A DNA stretch of 56,271 nt, filler included, from Perkinsus olseni (GCA_013115125.1; 6 parts of 6 records of this genome joined end to end with filler, not necessarily neighbours in it); one strand, 5' to 3'. Counted from the whole stretch's first letter, positions 1 to 12,866 are shown. The notes: generated by a model from the sequence alone, not told the origin. Numbers and translations: made by a program.

Positions 1-1
1 T

Positions 2-448
2 CTGTTCGATGTCCTTTCATCACAGGTGAGCTACCGTCTTGTTCATTGGACACAGGCCTCCGCATTCGATCTCGTGCATTCTTTTGCGCAGGAAGTCGTC
101 GATTTCGTGAGAAGTCGGCTGCTGCGCATGCCAAAAGGCGAGCAAGATCCAGCCGCTGTAGCTCAAGTAATATGACTCCTCAGCAGACAAAGCTCCGACC
201 CGATCACTTCCCTACTGTCCACTGTTCCCTACTGTACTTAGAGGTGCTGGTTGTTCTGCTTCTCACTGTGGTGAGCGTATGACCAGCCGGCTGATCGTGG
301 ACAGTCAGCTGAGGCCGGTGGATTGGCTGTTTCTTGAAGAACTTTTCTTCAGGAACTGGTGAGTGATGCGATCATGGAGAAGAACTCGAGAGATAACGTC
401 ACCTGCTTGGTTGTGATGCTGAAGAGGATCATCCAGGGGAGCACTTAG
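2..448 (+). CDS. 3' exons of a PP2C (PPM-family) protein phosphatase, 5'-truncated
   Basis: Manual splicing of 2-25, 92-166 and 353-448 (GT-AG introns) gives LFDVLSSQEVVDFVRSRLL...AVAQELVSDAIMEKNSRDNVTCLVVMLKR*. This matches the PP2C C-terminal (DG)LFDV and S.DN.T motifs. Confidence 0.85.
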
Positions 449-3400
449 TACGTATCATCTTTGGATAGTGATCATGATGACGGTCGCCAGGTTACCAGAC
501 TCCCTGTTGTGAACCATTCAAAAGTGTTTCGTTCCGCCTCTTAATGGGCCTTGAGGCCCTCAAGTTGAGGGATATGGGTATTTAGAGTGACGACCGGCCG
601 ACTGTTCCATTTTCAAACTTTGGCGTCTGTCCGCGCCGATGGCTTGGGCGGCCCAAGTTGGGCCGCGTCACAGCTTTGAAGCCATACTTCTCATGACTTG
701 GAATATTCCGCACTGATTTGATCTTAGTAGCAATGTTAGTGAAGTTATGTTACTGTCAGATTATCACTGAGATCGAACAAATGAATATTCGCAGTACCTT
801 CTTCAAGCTAGTCGCGAGCTAGCTTCAAGACTAATGACAACATCGGAGCGGCAGACTGTTGTCGGAATGACAACATCGCGCCGCGGAGGGGGATATTATA
901 GACTGTAATAGTCTTAATCCTCCGGGTTCAATAAAAGTCAGCAGTCTATGACTATCAGTACTACCCTGGTAGTCTACCCATACACCACCTGTGAGCCCAG
1001 ATAATATCTGCATTCTATGCGGATATTATGCGCATTCCTCTGCATTCCCTCGACTCGGCACCAGGACGGCGTCCAAAGCGCTATCTAGTGGATAGTATCC
1101 ACGGTTTCCTCCGGGAGAGGGAGGGACATTCAGGAACGATATGAATTCACACGTATCAATGCCGAAATCGGTAAAGAGGATAATAAAAACTGTTACCGCA
1201 ACAACATTTGTAACAACGGATTGTTGTTACAACAATCCGCGGCGAAGAAACCAAGTGTCACCCGTGTAAGAAATAAAAGAATATAACATCGGGTGGAACA
1301 TCGAACCAAGAACTTGGTCACCGTGGTCAGTATTATTCTCATTCCTATCATCATTGGGCGGTGTATCATCACTATTGGGCGGGGTAACTGATACTGGACT
1401 AAGACTTTCTCTTCGAGTGCAGAACTGATCCTGGGCGGACTAAGTAGCAAGTGGGTTGTTTGTTGATAGCTGCATTTCCCATCAGAACGCACTACACGAA
1501 GGCCGAGCGTCCCGGACGCTGCGTCCGCCATTCAATGTCGTTACATCCACCTGATGAGTGAGAAATGAGCAGTGTCACTTTCTCTCTGGTACAGCTTAAT
1601 GGCCCTACGCCGGAGTAGACTCGCTTATCCGCACTTGATACGTTGTGAAGATGTATCTTAAAGCTGATTCACCCAGGTGCCCTCTGTCAGGATCTGTCAG
1701 ACCCTGCCTGGGTCCCAGGCAGCTTCACTCCGTACAACAGATACTGGACTCCAGTAACTGGAGCCATTCCACCCTTATCCTTAGCAGTCTTGTAGTCCAT
1801 TGCTGGGAATATTATCAACTCGACTCGAGCTGCTCGAGTTACCCCGGAGGTAGCTGGTTAAATACCATAAATCTAAGATCGCGCTACTAGGGTGCCGCAT
1901 TCAGTGTCAGCGTCGGCAGGGACGAGATCACTATGTGCCCGAACCAGGCTTACGCCATCGTCCAGGCTGTCCACGTTTGCGAGAACCACATCGCCGCTCG
2001 CCGTTGAGATACACGGTGTCTGGCCCTGTAGTTCGTCGATACTGGCCTTGCCAGAGCGAAACATAACCCACAAGCGCTACGATAAGCAAATGTGGGTCCC
2101 TCGCTTGATGAGGACTCGATGTAAGCCCCCAGCTTACCTCCACTTTAGCGCCAGTCGCGTTGTACTTCGTCTTGCCGGAAGATGACTTCGTCCATCATAA
2201 ACCCTACAATAAAACATAGTAGGAAGCTGGACCAGCTTAGCTGGTGTCCGAAGCTGACTGTTCCCAGCGAACAAGCCAAAACTGAACAGTTACACAATCT
2301 CCTCTTCAGCTCTCAAGATGACAGTATCTAAGTCAGCAAGTAGGAAGTGATCCTTCATCTCTTTCTATCAGAAGCATCCAGGGAGCGGGACGAATAGTCC
2401 TGGACGATTAGAACTAATAGGTTTTGTGCTCAGGCGATGCAAAGAATCAGCTATAATAGAAGGTGGTAATTACCTCCTCTATCTCCGCTAATAATATCAG
2501 TCCAATATCTTATCGTCGATGAGTGATCGACGATAAAATATTCAGCGACCCCGTAGGGGTCGCTTCACCGAACCTCGGTGACCGAAGACACAACTCGGGG
2601 AAGAAGATCTTCGGTCGAGAGAAATGAAATGATCCTCGATCGCGGGCTTGACCCGGACATGTCCTACCTGTCGTGGTTCCTTCCCTGCAGGAGTTACGGA
2701 GCTTATGGACGGACACGCGACTTCGTCATGACGCTCAGACTGTGCGGCTGGGGGTCGCTCGAGACTCGATAACTTATCGAGTCTCCAGCGTCTCGACTTT
2801 CTATTCGAGTGCAGAGAATCGACGCGGCGAGACTTACTGCCAGAAAGAGGTCGAACACTTATCTCTCATCACTTTCACAGGAGCCTTCTGCAGTGCAGAT
2901 GGTCATGCATTTCAAATGCAGTATTCATAATTTGCATGCTTCGCGGCGTCCTATTGAGATCGTGAGTCGTTCCCGGGACACTCAGCAGAGCTCCCAGACG
3001 TTACCGTAGCCCCACAAACAACACACGCCGTGTGTCACACGGGTGATATCTAGCATTCCGACCCGTCTTCAAATTTCTGCGGGCTTCTTCCCTGCGAACC
3101 CCTAAGAAGGGGAGAAGGTGCCTGCGTTTTGCGGACAAAAAAACGAGATAGCGGACACGTGTCGTGCGTCACTGCAAAAGTGAGACTTCGTGTGACCCAA
3201 CTCCGCAGGCACTGTAATGCTAACTATTTGATAAATAGTATCTATTTGTAACGCATGTACAGAGCCGTTTTCGTTGTCTCAAGGTTTAGACTACATCTTG
3301 AGGGACAAGTTGTACAACGCAGCAAAGACGAGGCCGATCTCATCGACCGTGGGCCGTCGATTCGCCGATCCTATAATATAGAATTGCCCGTTCTCGGCTC

Positions 3401-3856
3401 GCCAATTCCTCGTTGGATACCTTATCTCGCCTAGCCGGACCTACCACTTTTAGGCAGCAGTGGTTCAGAAAAGCATTCAGCTTGTCTACTAGTGGTTTGG
3501 GTAAAAGCCAGGTGCCAGATGCGTACCGCAAGGTTAGCATCTAATTAAGATCTCTGAGGGGTAAGAGATAAGATTGATCTTTCTATCAAGTGGTGCCTAG
3601 CTTTGGCCCAAAGCCTTTGGGGGGGACCAAATAGTCGCCAGATAATGCTCATACTCGGAGCCTGCTGCGTAGGTATAGCTAATGATGTGTATGCGTGCAA
3701 CTACAAAGACATAGACATCAAAATGAGAACAGCCAACTATATCATAGCGCAAATCTCACACTTAGCTAGTCTACTAGAAACTTCCTTCCCTAAGGAACCA
3801 TCTTGGCAGTGCCAAGATGGCACTACCAAGTTGGCAGAGGCCGCCCCTCAGTACTT

Positions 3857-4797
3857 GGGTGTATTACCCTCCGTACACCGAAAACTCGTACACTATCGCT
3901 TCGTACACGGCTCGTACACCGAATACTCGTTCACTCATTGGATTCATGCATCATCATTTCGTACACTTGAGGCTCGTACACGTGATACTCGTACTCATGA
4001 TACTCGTACATATAATACTCGTTCATGTAGTGAGTCGTACACATAAAGTTCATACACGTGAATCTCATACACTAGCAACTCGTACACGAGCACGACTCGT
4101 ACACTATGCTTGCTGAGTCGCACCTTTGAGCCGCGCGCTGGCTGCAATGACGGAGCGAAGGAAGTTATATTGTCTATAGGGAGCGAAGTTCGCTCAGCGA
4201 ACTGTTCGCTGTGGCCACTCTGTGTAAAAAAGTTTATTCGTGCAAGTGGTATGGCGGTTAAGGTAGCGGACCCTCGATCGGAAGACCGTAGGTTCGTTGA
4301 ACGAACTTCGATCCTATATGCAGGGACTCCCTTGCCAGGGAGGAAGTAGAGGGGTGCTAAGGGGCGGGAGAGCGTCGGCGGAGGCGGCGAGAAAATTTTT
4401 AGGCAAGTCGCGGAACAGCTCCGCGAGTTGCCTAAGAAATTTTCGCAGAGTGTACGAAATGACGGTGTACGACTTGAAACTGCGCTTGTGTACGAAATAA
4501 GAGTGTATGAAATGCCGGTATACGAGTTGAAAGTGTACGGCTATTATGTGTACGGGTGTCATATGTACGGGTATTGCGTATACGAGCATCATGTATACGA
4601 CTGTATACGAGTCGTATAATACGAGTTTTATAAAATTACGTACAATGTATTACGTATTATGTACAAATCTCTTGTGTATGAGTATTTTGTGTAGGAATAT
4701 CCGGTGTACGAGTATTTCGTGTACTAGAAAATGTATGAGTATTGGAGACATGAGTCGAAAATGTACGACTATTTGGTGTACGAAACGTGAACATCCC
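3857..4797. mobile_element. Non-autonomous foldback/Mutator-like DNA transposon (941 bp)
   Basis: The direct repeat CAGTACTT flanks both ends (3849-3856 and 4798-4805). Ends are GGG...CCC imperfect TIRs. The left arm is an array of TCGTACAC motifs and the right arm an array of inverted GTGTACGA motifs. There is no credible ORF. Confidence 0.8.
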
Positions 4798-7569
4798 CAG
4801 TACTTGCACCTCAGGTTTCTACCCTTTCTATCTGCTGGAAGTCCAGTTGGATCGGCAGATGTCACCTGTCAGATGGTTTTCATCCCGTTGTTCTTCCTCT
4901 TCCTCCTCCCCATTTGTGCACTTAGACACGAACACTACCTAAAAAATACGAACACTTCGCACCATCCACTTTGTTTTGGTGCTCGAGATCTTCAGGTTCA
5001 GAGACCTGCAGACAACGTTGTGGAAAACTTTCTACAACTTTCGGTGAGTGTCCAAGGATCAAAAAATCATCGGTATATGCCAGGTTGGCATTGTTGCCAT
5101 CGCCAACAATTTTCCTTGTCGTGACGTCATCTAAGCTTTCAAGGCTGCTTGGAAGAAGATGTTGAACAGGCGTTGACTAAGAGTACACCCTTACCTCACT
5201 CCCACTTGCATTTTATGAGCAGTTACACGTAGTCTACCAGTGGTAGAGAGCCACTTTTCCTTGGTACTCTGTCTTGGAATTTAGTACTAGCTTGTTCCAA
5301 TCCCCTCAAACCGAGGATGTTGCATTCCGACCTTTCATGAAGCTGTTTAGTACTCAGCAATTTCCAGAGATTACGCCCTGAGGTTCTAAGACGCTGTTGT
5401 TCGCCTATCTACTCTATCGAGTGCCTTTTTTAGGTCTACAGAGGCTCCACAGAGGGAAGCTCTTGGTAACGAGCTCATTGCTGTAGTCCTCTAACCTGGA
5501 GGACCTTAGACTCTAAGGGAGAAGGTCATTGACTCGGTGGCTTCTTCGGCTGGAATCCCTCTTGTCCATCATCTATGTAATACTCTGAGCATTATACTCA
5601 CTTACCGTTTCCACTGGAAACTTTCCAGTTTATTAGCACCCGACCAGGTCGGGCCGATCTTAAATCGTGGTCGCAGTGAAAAGTAGATCGGTAGCTGGCA
5701 GCTGCCAGCTGCTGGGTGAGGTCTTGCGACCTTTTACCCTGAAAAGCAAGAAAGTGACTCCGTCACACCACTGGTGTGAATGGCCCGGTCCCACAAGACT
5801 GGTGTGAGTCACAAGACTGGTGTCGCACCGTCTGACCCCAGTCTTGTGGGACTGGATGATCCAGTCTGGATCGGGAGGCCCCAACTTTCCTTCTGGGAAA
5901 ATGGGCAAGCTCTCATCACTGGTGAAGAGAATCTCTTCCCCTAGCGGATTCATTTTCAATGAGTTCGCATTTTTCCGCAACAAATTTTCCTTCAGCTTCC
6001 CTCACTAAACTATTACATCTGTTGCGGGCTTGAACGTATGCACATCTATTCTCTTCCGAGACAAGCTTTTACCACAAGCGTTTTCACGCGCTATACTTGC
6101 GCAGAATAAATTTCATTTGGATCAAACGAAGATTCTTTCTTTCAAAGAAAAGAAATTCTTTGGCTGAGCCAAATTGGCTCTACAGGGACCTATATTCGCC
6201 TTGAATTCTTGGATCCGCCATGATGACGGCGCTGTCCGAGATGAAGGGTTTTTTAGATGGCTTAGTTAATGACTCACCAGTCAATGACATAACGACGGCC
6301 CTATGACTGTTGCTATTAGGTAACCAGCCACGCGACTCATTCACACGAAGATGTGTTGCGTTTACCAACGAAAACGCCGCGGGCATCCCGCATGGGCCAT
6401 GGGAGGCGCATGTCCAGAAAGCGGCTCTCTGCGGGGCCTGGAAGCCTCTCAGCTTGAACTAAGCGAGAGCGTCCACCATGAGTACGAGCGGAGCCCGGCC
6501 ACTGGAGATCTATCTCACTGAGAATCCCTCGATCTTAGCGCTTCTATGATAGAAGCGCTAGAAGTTCTATGATAGAAGTTCTATCACTGCGCTCGTCCGG
6601 GAACCTCTGCTCCAGCCCTTCGATGGGCCAGTAGTTCTTCGACCAGCTTGATTCTGTCTGCTTAAACGCATCTTCAGCTTTCGTAAAAATAGACGGATAT
6701 TGGTGTGGCAGCGGTCAATCAGAAGTTTTAACAACAAGTGTAGTGGTTCTGCCGTATTGTTCGTGCGATGACGCTCACGCACGCAGACCAATAAACTGGT
6801 CGATATGCTCAGCGCGTCGGAAGGTAATCCCTTATTTAACCTGTTTTCGGCTCCGAACTGATAAATGAAGATGTGAGACCACCGCCTTGAAGACTCACTG
6901 CCTCGACCCGCCTGATTGGAGATGATGGATGATTAGAACTGGTACCTTTCGAGCTCAGGAGGGATCTACCAAGAGGATCGGCTACTAACTATTCGGTCTC
7001 CACTAAGGTATGGTCGAGTCTCGAGCGTGTCTCTTCTCCAATGCAGATAGTAGTCAAGAAATTCCCTTATCCTTTTCCCAGGAACCTTCTGATATGCAGA
7101 AGTCCATGCCCAAGATGTCAGCTCGGCCGCCATCAGCTAAGGCTACCAACAAATTGACATACTAAAGTCTTGCCAACTTCTGGACTCAAAATAATATAAT
7201 TCTGGCCCGTTCCATGCCATGGTCGGGTCCCTGGTCCGCAGCGATTCGGACCTGCAGCTCCCCGGCCACCTCATCTCCCGCTCCTGGGAGGGAAAGCTTT
7301 ACCGCGAATCTCAACGGCGGCGGGGACTTCCCCGAAAAAAATGAGGATTCGCGGCGGTCGACGGCGTAAACAACATGGGAAATGGGTAGTAAATATACAA
7401 CCTGCTCCTCGCCGGAGGCTCGGCCCGGAGCTACATCTTTGGTTAAACGAAAGCTGATGATGAGATAATGATCATGAGTATCGATGAAAATCTTGACGTT
7501 GGTGATGATAATCGGAAGAAGTAAAAGACAGAAAAGATGAACATATGGGAAGCAAGTGCACAGCTCCTT

Positions 7570-7965
7570 CTAGTTTCCCCCTGAAGTCGTGCTCTCGGCT
7601 CCTGTACTGAGGATTCCTCTCAACAGTTTGTTTACTCCAATTTTCACGGTGAAAATTTCACCTTTGAAGCGATTCTCATAACCGAGGAGATAAAAGGTTC
7701 TTCTCTTCTTGTCGGTCTGGGCCAGCAGATCGTCACTACCTAAGTCGTCGTAGATTCTAGCCTCCTTGTAGCTCCACGGCGCTGTCACGAACAAGCACAA
7801 TCCAGACCGCTTGGCAAAGCGCTCTCTCTCCGTCGCGAGCACTCGCCGAGGTTTTCTTCTATCCTTTTTAGCCTTCGCCTTATTATGAGCCTTACGCTCG
7901 GCCTCCATCTCGTCAATGGTCTTTTGCACTTCGTCCGCGTCATAGCCTGCCGTCGGCTCTCCCGT
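7570..7965 (-). CDS. Hypothetical coding exon (Lys/Arg-rich), unassigned
   Basis: Protein-like ORF of more than 119 codons with a CAG acceptor just upstream. No recognisable domain. Confidence 0.3.
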   Translation of the reverse strand, partial: TGEPTAGYDADEVQKTIDEMEAERKAHNKAKAKKDRRKPRRVLATERERFAKRSGLCLFVTAPWSYKEARIYDDLGSDDLLAQTDKKRRTFYLLGYENRFKGEIFTVKIGVNKLLRGILSTGAESTTSGGN

Positions 7966-9358
7966 CTGCTGCTAAGATGATGCGGCTCTCACCGACTCCT
8001 TTCTATCTGTATTCGGGGTCGGCGGCCGAGAAGCGTCCGACCAACCCGATTTTCTCGTGACTCACGAGTCGTGAGATAGGCTGTTTCATAGGAGGTAGCA
8101 GCTCAACGAATCACCAGCTCAAGGTCCTCGATATCGTCCACCTGTTCCCCAACTATCTTATCCCCTCTCGCCATGTTGCGCCTGGCTATGAACGCAGCAA
8201 TAGCATCTTTCGACGAGCACAGTATGCTCAGAAACTGCAGTTTCGAAAGCCAACGCACATCCTGCAGAGCGGCTACTATAAGTTATACCGTAAAACCATC
8301 TTACCGAATTCACCTTCAAGCCGTTGCCAAGCCGGTATACCGGTTAAACCGGTATATCGTTGCCGGGCACGCAGAGCTCCTGACGCCCCCGTAATCCCGT
8401 CAACACCACACGGGTGATACATATCAGCAGTCGATAATTAACAAGTCGTCGGGTTTATCATCAGCTTGATAATCAACCTAATATCATCGTTGTTATCCGG
8501 ACATTCCTCAAACTCCTGTGGACTTCATCCCTGCAAACTCTCGAAAAGCGGAGAACGTCCCTTCACTTCACGTTCATGAAGACGAGATAGCGCTGCGCTA
8601 TTAGCGCACACGTGTCGCGCGTCACTCCAACAACTGAGACCGCGGGTGACTTCAATTCGTGAGGCCCTCATGATGAGGGTGTACAATGTACAGTGTACAG
8701 TGTACATTGTACACTGTACATGTAACCAAGAGCCTAGAGATCCAAGATGAAGCGTTATCACTTCACTCGCGCATTTCATGGTGGTATACTTGGAAGTGTC
8801 GTCCTAGGTAGCCTTGAAGGTGATGTTGAAGACTAGGCCATCTCCCCGTTTATAGCTTATGTCGAAAAACTGGCGTAGCTGAGTCAACACGAAGGACGTC
8901 TTAACGCAGTCATCAAAGAGGCTCGCTCACATGATATCTGTGTCATTCAAGAGACTGAGAGAAGAGCACCTTGTCGAAGCCAGGTAACTGAAGAATCTTG
9001 TTGCTGAGCTGAGCAGCGAAGCCCCTTCTTCCCTTTAACCCTCCCCCTTGTTGCAGAGCTAGCTGCACCAACGTGCAATGCACGGCGTGCATGCGGCGGG
9101 TCTGAGAACCTCTGGGCCAGAGGCTCTGGCAGAGGCTCTCTGCTTCAGCCCTTAGATGGGACGGTAATTCGCCCACCGGCTTGATTCCGTCTTCTTGAGC
9201 GCATCTCAAGTTTTCGAAGAAATAGACGTATAATATACGTCTATTCCCAATATTATTAGGATGGCAGCGATCAATCAAAAGTTTGAACATCTAGGCACAC
9301 TCGCAGCAAAGCCGCTAGACGTGCGATCTCGAGTTAGGCATTCATTGTGTTGCGATGG

Positions 9359-9458
9359 NNNNNNNNNNNNNNNNNNNNNNNNNNNNNNNNNNNNNNNNNN
9401 NNTTAATTAATTAANNNNNNNNNNNNNNNNNNNNNNNNNNNNNNNNNNNNNNNNNNNN
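9359..9458. other. Artificial scaffold linker N44-TTAATTAATTAA-N44
   Basis: The identical 100-nt linker occurs five times and has stops in all six frames. Confidence 0.97.
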
Positions 9459-11594
9459 AAGAGGCATCAACTAAAACCTGGTCTTGGCGATTGGACCGCG
9501 GAATGTCTTCTACATCTCCCCAGCAACCCAGACGTGCCTCCTGAGCACGCCTCGTGTGAAGTGGATCCCGTGTGAAGTGGATCAGGCATGTATACAGTGT
9601 TACTAGGCCCACCGCGGCGCTGGGTCTTTAAAATACCTGAGTCTTGCGAATGACTCGTGAAACCGTGAAACTCGGGTATGCGACCGGAAAATTGGTGCGA
9701 ACTGGTATCTCATCCATGATAAGCCATAACTGACGACGTACTGATATGCATTCCAAATGATCACTTTGGTTGCGCTCAACAAGGGTCGGTTTCTTGTGTG
9801 ACGAAGGCCGTCTTTCGACTCGCCACTTCTTTCAATTTCTCCTATGCGAACGGCGTGAGCGTGTCCACGGTATTGCACACGACCCGCCCGTCGTCTGTGC
9901 GGGTGATATCCCACCTCAGCCCCCACCCTCAACCAAAACCGAGTTTGCGACTAGTCATGGAATCTCTGCTAGAGAACCCAGGCTGGACGTGTCCAAGAGT
10001 GCCTGGGTGTCCGTTTTGTGCTCTTCCTCCGACCCGTTATTCTGGGTCAGAGCATATAACTCGTGCCCTGTCTAGGTGCGCCATCACCGTACGTGAATTC
10101 ATGTTCAAGTACAGTCAGGGACGTGTGGTTCTCCTAGGTAAGCTGCGGGAGCACATAACTCACCTTTTCTGGGATGGAAATCTTGGCGTGGCGTTCAGGG
10201 GACCGGCCTTCAACCCTGTGACCCAGGTTGGAATTCCGACGAAAGCGGCGGAGGTACCTCTTCCGAGGAGGTAGCGCGATCTTTAGCCCAGCTGTACGAA
10301 GAAGTGGTGTACTAGCTGGAACAGTAGCAATGCGAGACTCGAGTGTCCGAGCTGAATCTATACTGATTTGAGTTGTATTACTCGAGACGTAGCATGGCAT
10401 AGACTTCTGCATGGCTAGGCCTCTTTCAATCAGAAGTCTATTGGGCCTAGGGTGAGGTTGCTTTTCCAGCGGTCGAGGATATCACATGCACGAGTAAAAA
10501 CAGCAGTTTGGTGTTGGGGGGGGGGGGCTCAATTACGAATGAGGCCATCAATTTCGTTATCCGCAAAAATGCACTTCCTAGCAATGAAGTCGGGATTTCC
10601 GCCGACCCACATACGAGCACCCCGCTCGTTTTCCTTCAGTGCGTCCATTAGTCAATTCCGCCTATGTTCGCGAGCTTTCCTAGTCTCTTCTTCTCTAGTA
10701 TCAACCGCAAGCTTCCCGCGTCTCAACCAGATTGTATGAGCGTCATGGGATTCCCCGACCGCCGCAACCGACCGTAACCGCGGGCGAGTTCGCTCTCGGT
10801 CACTCTCGAGCAGAGATGCACTTTCGAGCTCCGCGGGAGAAGTGGCAGGATGCGAGGCCGTTGCGAGAAGTGAAAATTGAGACCAGCGACTGTCTGAGCA
10901 CTCGCCCGGGCGGTCAGTCTGAGCTCCGCGCACAAACATCTTTGAACGACAACTCCTCGCAACGAGCGAGTCGCACAATCGAAGAATCACGTGACTCCGA
11001 GACGGATTCTAACCAGGCTGGGGAACTCCAAGAAGATCCTCAGCGCATTTGACGACTGAACCGACTGTCAGACGTACACGCAGCAAACTACGCCACGAAA
11101 TGCTCAGCCCGCGTGGCTCCAAAGACTTGCTCCATGCTCAGAGGGGTAGGGTTCCGCCCATACTAGCAACGCGACAGGGGCGTAAATGTTGGTGTGCTGC
11201 ACTTAGGATCTACTTATAGGCTATAATGCAGGATATCGATCACGTTATGGGCGTCGGCGCAATATACAGACAACGGAGCGGAGATAAGGAGCTTCCTCAC
11301 ACGGGGCGACGCCGAGAACATCTGTCCCGTACGTATGAACACATGCGCACGCGTGCATCTTGTTGGTGGCCCCTTTACTGGGCCCTAGGTCGTGCCTAAG
11401 CTTTTTTTGCTCAGAAACATGAGCCAAACCTGCCTGCGATGAGCTCAGGGGCGCATAGTGCCCCAACCCGCCCGAGGAGACCCTTACAGTTACCGGGTGG
11501 ATATGCGCGCGCCTCGGGGGTTTCCAACGAACACAGCACGCGCGTTGTTCCAATCCGTACTGCAGTTGGCTTTACAAGTGTGTTCATCTTTAAC

Positions 11595-12866
11595 ATGATC
11601 CGTCTACTGCTAGTCCTTGGTCTCATCGACGGTCTCGCTGAGGGGTTGTCTCCTAACAGGAGGTCTACCAATGCGACTACTGGGAGCGGAGCCAACGCCG
11701 GTCAGACCCCAGATGTGAGATTTGATGAGTGCCATGCCGCCTCAGATTGCAGTCTTTGTCGATCAGGAATATTGCCAATCCCTCTGTGGGTCGCCCCCAA
11801 GCTCCATATGTGGAGATAAGGGGTCGTACTGTAAGCCATACGGTCCACCTCAGAATGGTGTTGGAGTCTGCCAGGGCTTGTAAGTGCATCCGTCAACATC
11901 CCTTCCGTACTGGATGGGACTCTCCCATGCGCCGATTCATCGCTCCTCAGTTACTATCTACCGAATAATAGGATGTGCTACTTCGGACCACTCACGACTT
12001 CCAGTGAGTGTCCAGAGGAGCATCCTGTCTACTGTGGAGGGAATGCAACCACTACACCCGGGCCCACCCCGACGACCANNNNNNNNNNNNNNNNNNNNNN
12101 NNNNNNNNNNNNNNNNNNNNNNNNNNNNNNNNNNNNNNNNNNNNNNNNNNNNNNNNNNNNNNNNNNNNNNNNNNNNNACCCCTGGGCCCAACACGACAAC
12201 CACCCCTGGGCCCAACACGACAACCACCCCTGGGCCCAACACGACAACCACCCCTGGGCCCAACACGACAACCACACCGGGCACAAGCACCACTGCCGGG
12301 CCTACTACTACTCCTTCACCCTCTCCGGGTAATGAGCGCTTCCTGCTATCACCGGTTTATCGACCTTCACTTCTGTCTTTGCTCAGCTCCATATCCAACT
12401 GGCTTCTTCAGCGGGAGTGGAACAGTCGCTGGTGCCACCTTCAACATTTCTGCCTTATTCAGCGACACTACTACCGTTCTCGAGGATATGTAATGGTCTG
12501 CTGTTCCAATGTTGCTCGTGTCGCTTACCACGCGAGGGGCTTCCGACTTAACGTCATTTTTTCTTTCTGTAGGAATGTCACTGTCCCGGGTATCCCTCCT
12601 ATCCAGATCGAGCAACTCCCTTACACTATGATTGGTACTAGGCTGAATATCACCGATTTCAGCAAAGTGCCCTCGGAATTCCGGCAGTTCATTAAGAGTA
12701 AGCCCAGTCATTGCCCGTGGTCGTGTTCATCACTTGTGGTTTCTTCCTTCTTTCAGTAGCGGAGATTGACTACTACTCTGGTAACCAGACGATCGTCTTT
12801 TCGATCCCCGGCGTTGTTAGCGTGAAACTCACGCACCCACATAGTAGCCGCAGACTGAAGCGTTAA
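11595..12866 (+). CDS. Secreted Cys-rich protein with Thr/Pro (TTTPGPN)n mucin-like linker; multi-exon, internal assembly gap
   Basis: Hydrophobic N-terminus MIRLLLVLGLIDGLAEG. Manual splicing gives DEYCQSLCGSPPSSICGDKGSYCK...CQGFYY...CYF...CPEEHPVYC, then the repeat, then exons PYPTGFFSGSG / NVTVPGIPP / AEIDYYSGNQTIVF, ending at TAA 12864-12866. Confidence 0.75.
12049..12290 (+). repeat. 21-bp coding tandem repeat ACCACCCCTGGGCCCAACACG (TTTPGPN), spanning the ~100-N gap at 12079-12177
   Basis: Visible exact tandem copies at 12178-12275. Confidence 0.9.

Noticed and set aside
3003-3012. ACCGTAGCC resembling the start of the Perkinsus/dinoflagellate spliced leader
   Set aside because: The match stops after 9 nt and there is no GCTCAAG end.
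3857-4797. Repeat-spacer pattern resembling a CRISPR array
   Set aside because: The repeats are only ~8 bp, degenerate and inverted between arms, and are bounded by a TSD. The context is eukaryotic with no cas genes.
9459-11060. Overlapping 90-160 aa ORFs
   Set aside because: No recognisable motifs or consistent exon chain.
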